This document shows, in pieces, positions 53,336-64,000 of a DNA stretch of 64,000 nt; positions within the stretch are counted from its first letter, which is position 1, and each line of letters starts with the position of its first letter. This DNA is from the human T2T-CHM13v2.0 reference genome, Homo sapiens. The stretch is from assembly GCF_009914755.1 (NCBI RefSeq), contig NC_060927.1. The stretch is one strand, 5' to 3'. Under the pieces are notes generated by a model. That model was not told where the DNA came from. It searched no databases and worked only from the letters and a program-made list of their open reading frames with translations. A program made the translations under genes and the position numbers.

Positions 53336-53838
53336 CAGGAGACAGAGCGTTGGGAAAGAGCTGAGAATCCCAAGTCCCCAGAATGCCCTGGCTGTTGTCT
53401 TCTAGGCCAGTTTCCCTAATCTTGCTCTTTTCCTCACCTGGTCCTTTCTTTCCAAATTCTGCTCCCTCTCACACCTCAGTGTGGCTACGGGAGAACTATT
53501 TCCTGAGTCACCTCATGGAAACGGTCTGTGTTAGACACGGGCTGCAGAAGGGAATTTCATAAACACTTGGGGAGAAGAAAAACAGAAGGGGAAATTCCAT
53601 GTTTGAGCAGCTGATGGGAACCCAGGAAGTTATATTATAAATTCACCTCATGGTTTTTGAGAAGATGAGAAACTTTGCCAAATCCAATTCCTGCTAAGAA
53701 GAATCTCCCTCCATCATTTATTTAAGATATTTGGAGAATGGACACACCCCAGGAACTGCAAAATGTCCATTCCGGGGCTCAACTTCTGGGTGACAGTGGA
53801 GGGTTGAGGCTCTCAGAAAAGATTCCGGAGGCAGCTCA

Positions 53839-54042
<204 letters not shown>

Positions 54043-54699
54043 TCAGAGAAAACTGCCGCTCGTTAGCATGTGGTCAGTGCTGGGCCTCTGTCACACCCAC
54101 CGTGCCCAGGGAAGACCCATCCTGCCACCCCAGACTTCCACATCTAATTTCTAGCCTGTTAGATGTGGATAGGCCTCCTGTTGGCTACTTGACATAGCAA
54201 TTATTCCCTTGCCCTTGCCTTTGCTAGATTAAGATGGTTCATAAAGAAGCAGATGACTTGTCTGGACACTGACCATTATAAGGTTCAATTCTCCTTCCTC
54301 AGATACTGACTTGTCACTTTGTAGATGTAGCAGGAAATGCAAAGTTCAAACAGATTTCATCATATGCCCCCAGTAGTTGAGGAGAAGAAAGTGCTTGCTA
54401 ATAACTTTAATATTGTACTCAGAAGGAAATTGTTTAGACAGGGAGGCAGCCAGGGCCAGTGGTAGCATTACTTACAGGACACCCAGACCCATGATTTAAA
54501 ACACATACATTGACTCTAGACTTTACAAACACATTCACGTGTCACTCATTTCACTGGAGAGTTACGGTTTAATGTCTCAATATATGGGTAGCCTAATCTG
54601 CAGTATCAGGAAATAAAGGGAGGGCCCTGAACCTTTGTAGCTTTATTTTTACAAAAAGTCTCACCCATGTTCAATGTTAGTAAATGTTCAATGTTGAAG

Positions 54700-55680
54700 T
54701 ATGCCTTACAAAAAGTACACAGATCAATAAGTTACAGTTCAACAGATCTCCATAAGGTGGACGTATCCTAGAAACCAGCACCCAGGTCAAGAAACAGCAT
54801 TCCCCAGTGCCCAGAAGCTCCTTCAAGCTCCAATCTCTGCACCCCTTCCCATCCTGAATTCTAACACCAGAGATTCATTTTGACTAATTTTGCACTTTAT
54901 GTAAATGGAATCATACAATATGAACTCTTGTCTTTGGCTTCTCTCTTTTAACATAGTGTCTATGGAAATCATCTAGGTTGCTGTTTATCATTGTTACTGC
55001 TGAATAGTGTCCCACTGAGTGACTATATCACAACCTACTCATCCATTCTGCTGAACATCGCTGATGTTCATTGGGTTGATACCACTACACATCCACCAGA
55101 ATGGCTAAAGCAAAAAGGACAGAATATAAGAAATGTGGCAAGGATGTGGAACAACCACAATTATCACACATTAGCTGGCCAGAATGTAAATTGATCCAAC
55201 CTCTTTGGAAAATTGCTTGTTATCTTCTATTAAAGCTGAACATAGACATATACTCTAGCCCAGCAATTTCACTCCTAGGTTTTTACCAATAGAAAAGTGG
55301 GTGCATTCAGAATCATGATTGCAAGTGATCTTTAAAGTTTCAGGTTCTGACTCCAAGCTTGAATCTCCTCCCCGGCATCTCTGAATGATGGGCATTGGCC
55401 AGGACCATATATATGTTCTCTGGTGTTTGCACTGAGAAAGCCCTGATTTGTGTCCCTACCTAATGAATCCAGTGGGGGTTATTGCAAATTTTTCAAGATA
55501 AACGTTTTAGTTAAGAGCCAGCTTGAATGGTTATAGTTTTATTTTTATACCAAAAAGTAAAAATTTCTCTTGAAATGGCCCTAAAAAAAAGAAGAAAAAA
55601 AAAGAAAAGTGGGTGTGTTTTCACCAAAATGCATGTATTAAAATGTTCATAGCAGCAATATCCATAATCACCCAAAGCTA
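54700..55680. mobile_element. Old L1M fragments (host of the 55304-55602 insert)
   Basis: ggcaaggatgtggaacaac...gaatgtaaattg...ccagcaatttcactcctaggt...aatgttcatagcagca. Confidence 0.7.
55304..55602 (+). pseudogene. Retroposed non-TE fragment (processed 3'UTR piece or orphan transduction), source unidentified
   Basis: 13-bp TSD agaaaagtgggtg 55291-55303 and 55603-55615; A-tail 55583-55602; AGTAAA 55556-55561. Confidence 0.7.
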
Positions 55681-56178
55681 TGGTTTTTCAGTTCTCAGTT
55701 TTGGTGTCACGATGTACCTTCACTTCCACCCCTTCACGAAACCTCTGACCTCACAGAACATGCACGCCACATTGACCACCACAGGCTCTCAACCTTGAAC
55801 CCAGTTTTCTGTCTTATCTCCCAGGGGCCAGCATCTGCCGACCATCTCCACCTTGTGCTCCAGGACCTGCCTCAGACACTAGACAAGTGCTAAGTGCTCC
55901 CCAGAAGTCGCCAGGTCGTGCGGTGTCCACGGGAATGGTAGCTCCGTGCACACACACTCGCTCGCACCCTTGATGATGGAGCATTCCACTGGCCTGTGCC
56001 AAAGACCCTCAGCCCTCTCAGGCCTAAAGCGACCTTTTACGGGAAATATTTTATAAAGACACCTTTATTATCCGGAAATGAAATTCACAAATAGTACAGC
56101 ACGCTGACAGACAATTTAAAAAATCAATACAGTGCTCTTAATTCTACATAAAAGAGAAATACAAGAAAGTGATTTATG

Positions 56179-56595
<417 letters not shown>

Positions 56596-56785
56596 TCAAA
56601 TAAAGATTATGGTATTGGCAAGTCTCATGCTACAAGGAATGTGTCCACCATGTGATGTGATTTTCTGAAATAATAAACAACACTGGGTAAAATTCCCGAC
56701 TAGATAAAGCACAACCATTACTCCATAATTGTAGTCTTAGAAAACTCAATTTATATTATAACAGTGCTTTAAAAATGCTGCATAA

Positions 56786-57238
<453 letters not shown>

Positions 57239-58202
57239 CTACCCATCCCAGCCTTTGAAACAACCAAAAATACCTTGAAAATTTCCAAAATGGCCCCAGT
57301 GAAAACTGTTGGCCTATCCAATGCTTGGTGCTTAGCTTGGTCACAAAAAGTTCCATAGAACCCAGCACTCAACGCCAAAGCAGCATCCACTCCAGGTCAT
57401 ACAAGTTAACGAGGGACTGAAGGAATTCAGAAAAACAGGAACAACAGGTGGCCACCAGCTGGGATAAACCTAGCTGTCTTTTGGGAAAGAGGGCATTCAT
57501 GCTAATTCTGGAAAAGCAAGGAGAATTTAGACAGGAAGACTTCCAGACCACGAAAATATCTGGGGAAGTCATGCATACTTGAGCTAGGCCTTGAAGGGCT
57601 AGCTGGGGAGGTGGCTGATGGAAGGAGGGGAGGCTCCCCAGGGAGCGGGAGGAATGGCAGGAGAAAGACCCATGTTCCATTCAGGGCTACTTGGATTGTG
57701 AGAAGCAGAGCTTCACTCACATGGGCTCTGGGGAAAAAGGAGATTTATTGTAAAGTTAACAACTGTCAGAAAGAGCTGGAGCCAATGAGTCAATGGGACA
57801 TGACACTGTCCTGGTATTTCTCTCACCTTCCTCGATCCCCTGTCCCCCATCTCCCCTTTTATGCTTCTTTCTGTGCATCTGATCCATTCCATCCTCTTTG
57901 GCGTCTTCACGCCCATCTCTCCATGACGGCTGACCCAGTCTTGCCTCACCTCTTTTACCTCCCCCATCTGCTTTGTCTGGAACATCCCCTTGTGGGTCTT
58001 AGTTCAAATAGCCACCACAGGGAATCTGTTTGCCCAGCCAGGTGACAGGTCATGGGGGCAGCTAAGCAGAGCCTGCCCTGGACCAGACTCAGACCCAGTC
58101 TTTAGCAGGATCTCAGGGTCTGTCACCAGCTCAACAGAGGCTGTGGGAGGAGTTTCTCCTGAGGAAGGCCAGGCAGACAGGCACTCCAAAATATGTCAAA
58201 CA

Positions 58203-58452
58203 GGCTAGGCGTGGTGGCTCACGCCTGTAATCCCAACACTTTGGGAGGCTGAGGTGGGCAGATCACTTGAGGTCAGGAGTTCAAGACCAGCCTGACCAAA
58301 TGGCGAAACCCCGTGTCTACTAAAAACACAAAAATTTGCTGGCCGTGGTGGCACATGCTTGTAATCCCAGCTACTTGGGAGGCTGAGGCAGGAGAATTGC
58401 TTGAACTTGGGAGGCAGAGGTTTCAGTGAGCCGAGATTGTGCCATTGCACTG
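58203..58452 (+). mobile_element. AluS, 3' end missing
   Basis: Stops at attgcact with no tail. Confidence 0.9.
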
Positions 58453-60639
58453 AAGAGGAAGCTCTTATCTTAAAGGAATAGTGACTGTTGGGGTCAGGAT
58501 GCAGGGAAAGCTGGAAAGTTAATTTGGGGCTAGATTGTGCTGTTTTGGATACCCCACAAAAGGGTTTAGGCTTTAATTGGAAAGTCGTAGGAAACCACGG
58601 CAGGTGCAGGGTAAAGGAGTGACAGGATCAAAATGGTGCTGGAGAACACTGTGTGCAAGGAAGGTGCAGGTGTGGGGAGGACAGGCTTGGAGAATGGGAG
58701 CATGCAGCAGGGCACGGGACAGGAAGGGAGGGACTGATGCAGAGAAACGGGGCCAACATGTTGCAGGAGGGAAGAAGCAGGAAGAATCAAGGGTGGTTTT
58801 GAAGTTGCAGGGTACCCAGGGCAACAGTGGTCAGAGTTTGAGAAAGAAAAGTCACAGCAGGCACTAGTTTATGGGTGTTAGACATTTATTCATTTGAGCA
58901 CACTCTTTGCCAGGCACTGGGCCAGGCCTGTGGGAAGCAGAAAGTACCTAAATGGCATCTGTAGTTGGAAAGGCTTGCAGAGCTCAGAGGCCTTCTGCTT
59001 GTACCCCACTCCCTGCCCTCCCACAAGCAGCCTCCACTAGATGCCGTCTCCACCAGGAAGCTTTCCTTGACTTCCCAGGCAAGATTGAGTGGCCCTGCTG
59101 TTTTTCTCTGGGTTTACCCCTATGTTAGGTTTCCTCCATGGGGAAAAACTATTTCCTTGTATCCCTCTGACCAAACTGTGCTTTCTGGGAGAGCAGGAGC
59201 CAGCTTTTATCCCCAGGGTCTAGCACTGTATCTGGCATATGCTAGACACTCCACAAACGTTTGCTGAATTAATAATGACAAACACCACATGCAAGGCACC
59301 ATTTAAGTGATTCACACATAGAAATTCACCTAATCCTCACAGCAACCCTAAGAGCTAGGTACTACTCTTGTTATCATCATCTCCATTTTACAGATCCATT
59401 AACTGAGGCAAAGAGGTTAAGCAATTTGTCCGAAGTCATATAGCTAGTAAGTGACAGAGCCAGGCAGTCTGGTTCCGGAGCCCTTCCTCTTGAGCTCTAC
59501 ACCATGACTGCATGTGGTAGAAATGAAGGTCTGGAGCTTCAAGTCCCATAACAACAACTTGGGGCTATAGCATCAGTGCCCTCCAAGCAAAGGCTTCAGG
59601 GAACCAAGCTGGGTTTATTGACTCACTGCAAAGAGGGAGAACACACACCGGAAGGAACCGTGGGGCATCTCAGTTAGAGGATGCTGGGAAGGACTGATCC
59701 TAGGGTTGGGGATTTTGCTAAGTGATGGAGGGGAGACTGAGGAAATGAAGTCTGGCTTCACTCTGAATTGGATGCCATCAGGAAGAAAGGGCCATTCTAT
59801 AATTGAGTACCTTAATTCATATCTAGAAGAGAGTGGAGCAAGACCAAAGCTGTGATTGGTTTTTTAAACAGCAGCAATCACTCATATTAGCAAGGATAGG
59901 AGAATGTTTAGTTACTTTTGTGGTTGGATGATAGTCCTGTTTTCGTCTGTGTTCAGTTGTGATTATCAAGTGATTCTTACTTTCTTCTCAATCCATCAAG
60001 GTCACAGGGTGACCCTGTCTGAAGTTGGTGTTCTGTGACATCGCTTCTGTGTTGCAAAACACCATGCCGAGCTCTGAGAGTCAGGGCAGCTCCAGCTGTC
60101 ACGGGCTACTTTTCTCAGTGGTAAAATAATATGGATACATTGTTCCCGAACTTGACATTAATGCCAATGTATTCCTCCTCAAGCTTCTCCAAGTTTCCTA
60201 GAGTGTTGAGTCGCTAGGAGTGGGCAGCTTCAGTTGTAGGGTGGAGGAGGCTGGCAGGTTCACACCAATCCCGGAACGTTTTTAAGGTCCCCTGGCTACA
60301 GTTTCTCCTTTGCTTCTCTTTTGCCTCAGCACACAGCTAAGGGCTGAGGCTGCAGTGTTCCAAAAGCACCTGGGAGGCTGGCAGGCCCACACTGCTAATA
60401 TGCACTCATCACCATTATTTTTCCAGACCATATATGGCCTCCAGTGCCTTCCTTCACCCAGCACCCTGTGTGGCCTTCCACTGATGAAGGACCTTGTATC
60501 ATTTAAAGCAATCACTTCTCTCCTTTCTTCCTGGAAATTGGAGACCTCTTCAGTGACCACAAATTATCAGCTGCATTTCTGGCTGAGGCTTCTGCATTGT
60601 TCGGCTCCCCCACCCCATCCCCCTCACCCTTTCCCCCTT

Positions 60640-60709
60640 GACCCACTTTCTTCCCAGCAGGGGAAGGCCATCTATTTCTGCCCTCCCCTGACTCCCTGAA
60701 GCTATTTGT
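60640..60709 (-). ncRNA. MIR4270: pre-miR-4270, intronic and sense to COLQ
   Basis: Reverse complement of 60680-60699 is UCAGGGAGUCAGGGGAGGGC, which I recognise as hsa-miR-4270; the hairpin is poor, so real miRNA status is doubtful. Confidence 0.8.
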
Positions 60710-61345
60710 TTTTAGGAGCCTAGTTTATTTACAGCTCATTCCTGTTCAGAATATTTCCATCAGGTGGACGTGTTTGGGAGCAGCTTCCCCCTCCCTCCTC
60801 CCTCCCAGTCAACTAAGCCAGGACTTCACATGTCTATTTTGGTGTCATCCGAGTGGCCTGTGGGTCTTTCTCATGGACTGTCTCTATAGAATTGTGTCTG
60901 AGCTCAGGCTCCAGTCTGGAAAAGCCCCGGAAGGCTCTGTTGTATTGAAAGCAATCCTGTGCGTATCTCCGTGGAGCCTGCAGAAACCTGGGAGCAGCAC
61001 GTGGCTCAGCACCAGGCAGCTGCCTTGGAAATGCCAACCATCACGGAACTTCAGGACCGCATGTCCCAACTTAAAGACATCAAGCTCATGTTGTATGTGG
61101 CCAGTGCATTGCCAAATTATGGGTAATTGTTTAATGCAGGCTTTGGCAAGTGTTTGAAGCTTTTGTTGTCGATGATGCTGGTTTTGCCCTTTGGACTCAA
61201 TACCCATTCTTGAAAAGGAGACTTTCTCTTGTTTCATTTCAAGAAACTGAGGCACATCTTTGGAAAGCGATTTTCTCCAATTTACTCTTGGAAAGACATG
61301 GATTTGATTAAAGAGTGTTAAGTCTAGGTGCAAGTGGCCATGTGA

Positions 61346-61760
<415 letters not shown>

Positions 61761-62870
61761 TAAAATAAGTATGACACCAGAACCACCACTGTATCCATCT
61801 TCATCTACCCTCTTGCAAGGCCAGCCCCACAATAGGTTACTGGAAATAGCCATTTCCATTTCTGCCTTCTGTTTTTCCATCAAGTAGCCTTCCCTCCCAC
61901 CCCCTCAATCCAACAAATGTGTCATTAGAAACTGTCAAAGGAAAGAAGTGACATAAGCATCCTGCCTCAGCAGGTTGAGAGAATTACAAGTGCAGCCATT
62001 TAACTGTTCTGCACCTGCCTGTCCAGTTGGTGGACTAGTCAGCTTTTTACTTCCTCCTCCTCTTTTGGGGCCTTTCCCTGCCTGTGGGAACTTGCATGAG
62101 AGAGACAGACCCCAAAGAAGAGAGAAAGCCAAGGGCACACGCTGTATGGCAGCTCAGAGTGCTTTGACTTTATTGTAGTGAGTTGGGTCTCAGCTACAGT
62201 AAAGTTCTTACATTAACTGAATGCAATTTGCCCAAAATTCCCCCCAATTCACATGTTCCAGAGAAGGCTGCACCCTACAATTTTCCTTCAATCCCCACAA
62301 CAAACCTTGAAAGACAAATTCTGATCCTAAAAGTTGCACGTAATTTGAACTTCTCTGAAAGAACATGGTAGAGTTTGCCTTCTGCTGTATGTCCCTGAGC
62401 AGGCAAGGATACAACCTACAAAGAACAATTTGTGGTTTGGTGGCTGTGCCTCTGAGCCAAATTACCCAAGGCAGTCCACTCAAGAGTGATGGAGACTGTC
62501 TCAGCCACCCAACGCCAGCGGGGGCCCAGACTACAGAACACGATTTTACTTCAAAGCCAAGGTACCAGCTGCCAGCCAAGGTACCAGCTGCCAGCACAAG
62601 GTACTTGTGTCAGTCAAGGTCACAAGAGGGACACAGACAAGTGCACACACCCGTTAGCATGTACGCCAGGTCCCCACCAACTCTACTGTGAAACCCCTTT
62701 GCATTGCAACTTCAACACTGGCTGAGCAGTTTAAAATTTAAAGGCTTTCACAATGAGAAACAGCCCTGTGAAAGAAAAACTTAAAAAGAAAAAAAATTTA
62801 AAGGCTGCTAAAACCTCCTAGTACAGTCTGCTTTCCAAGAGTCTTTTTTCCAAAACAATGCATGTGCATC

Positions 62871-62906
62871 CACACACACACACACACGTGCACACACGCA
62901 CACACA
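62871..62906. repeat. Imperfect (CA)n/(TG)n next to the exon 1A donor
   Basis: cacacacacacacacacgtgcacacacgcacacaca. Confidence 0.85.
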
Positions 62907-62912
62907 ACTCAC

Positions 62913-62988
62913 CCAAGCAGCCTGCCGAGTAACAGAGCAGTCCTGAAATGATGAGCAGATGAGCGAGGCTGAATGATGAGCCCGTCAT
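62913..62988 (-). CDS. COLQ: COLQ alternative first exon 1A, signal peptide MTGSSFSLAHLLIISGLLCYSAGCL
   Basis: ATG 62988-62986 with A at -3; hydrophobic 25-aa leader; donor G|gtgagt; phase 1 matches exon 2. Confidence 0.93.
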
Positions 62989-63049
62989 TGTGAGGCAGGG
63001 CCCAAAGCGGACTGGCCAGGGAACACTAGCCGGAGACAGGCTGAGATTC

Positions 63050-63400
63050 GTCACGCCTCTGAGTGCTCCCAGTGCCTGGCCTGTTTGGCATTAGGGGTGG
63101 GAGTTGGCCAATCCCTGCTTTGATGTTGCTTCTGCTCCAGATGCCAGGGGTCTGGAGCCAGTCCTGAGCTCCTGGGAGTAGCAATGGGTAGGCAGCCCTG
63201 CTCCAGCTGCCCATGAACACTGCTGTAGGGGAGGCTTGGAGGACAAGAGTGCCTTCAGCCCAGGGGAGGATATGAGGTTGGGAGCCCAGGGATACTTATC
63301 CCCCTGCAAGCCAAGAGGAAATTGAGAGCAATCAAACAGGCTGCTTTTCATTTGGCTCAAAAACCGACTTGACTCAAAATACCACAGCAGTATTGACTGC
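63050..63400 (-). promoter_or_regulatory. COLQ: Probable COLQ exon-1A proximal promoter
   Basis: Position upstream of exon 1A; GGGGTGGG (CACCC-box) ~63094 and E-box CAGCTG 63204-63209; TSS cannot be fixed from sequence. Confidence 0.45.
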
Positions 63401-63794
63401 TCTGGTAAGCCTCAAAGTCAACCCCCCACCGAGACCGTCCAAGGGGAGCCTGCCCTCCTCTGCTTCAGGGAAGACCTTCATGGCCAGGGGTCTCAGCTCT
63501 AATCCTGTCTGGGCCAAAGTGTTGCTGACAAAGCTAAACGTAACTAAAACAACAACAACGAAACCACAAACAAACAAAATATATAGATTTCCAAAGGGCA
63601 TGTAGGCAAGTCTTTTTGGATGAAGCGGCATATACCAGTTACATGCTTAAATCTATCTGGTACTTTATAGGCACACCCAGTGCACAAGCATGGACACACA
63701 CAATATTTTAGATTATAAAAGACAAGATTATTATTATACTACTTAGCAATAAGCACTGTTGTTTTGATCAGCTTAGTAAAGACCATAAGCTATA

Positions 63795-64000
63795 GCAGGA
63801 GTCAGCAAACTTTTGCTATAAAGGTCAACATAGTAAATATTTAGGCTTTGTGGGTCACATGGTCTCCGTTACAACCTCACTTTGCCATTGTACAGGACAG
63901 CAGCCATAGACAATACATGAAGGAATGAGATTGGTCATGTTTTGTAAAAGTTTACACAAATATAGGAGGCAGGCTGGATTCGGCCCACAGGCTGTAGTTT
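63795..64000. mobile_element. MER58A-like relic
   Basis: caggagtcagcaaactttt..taaaggtca..tagtaaatatttaggctttgtggg...ggattcggcccacaggctgtagttt. Confidence 0.75.

Noticed and set aside
62989-63054. In-frame GTG-initiated N-terminal extension of exon 1A
   Set aside because: The ATG has good context and directly starts a signal peptide; nothing supports near-cognate initiation.

Overview
Human (primate) genomic DNA, recognisable as the EAF1/COLQ locus on chr3p25. The + strand carries the last two exons and ~3.45-kb 3'UTR of EAF1. The - strand carries COLQ (collagen-like tail subunit of asymmetric acetylcholinesterase), converging on EAF1. Alternative first exon 1A plus exons 2-17 splice at GT-AG boundaries into a 1338-nt, 445-aa ORF; a frameshifting exon 11A is also present, and exon 1 lies beyond the right edge. 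MIR4270 lies in the intron downstream of exon 1A. The rest is ~30 Alus, a 5.3-kb L1PA, a solo THE1-type LTR and old MER/L2/MIR relics. Almost all ORF-track entries are Alu/L1-derived or spurious. I found no wholly new gene system. The best second-look signals are: (1) the intron-3 L1 has its 5'UTR intron precisely removed (SpIRE-type) plus a second, possibly splice-derived, ORF1 deletion; (2) a ~300-bp non-Alu/non-L1 retroposed insert with poly(A) tail and 13-bp TSD; (3) a gap-free 178-bp copy of COLQ 3'UTR sequence 4.2 kb downstream; (4) an LTR flanked by a ~67-bp duplication; (5) one target site reused by serial insertions; (6) apparent Alu-Alu gene conversion; (7) a stop-free all-Gly-X-Y exon block bracketed by inverted Alus. 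Repeat boundaries are approximate and subfamily names are by eye.
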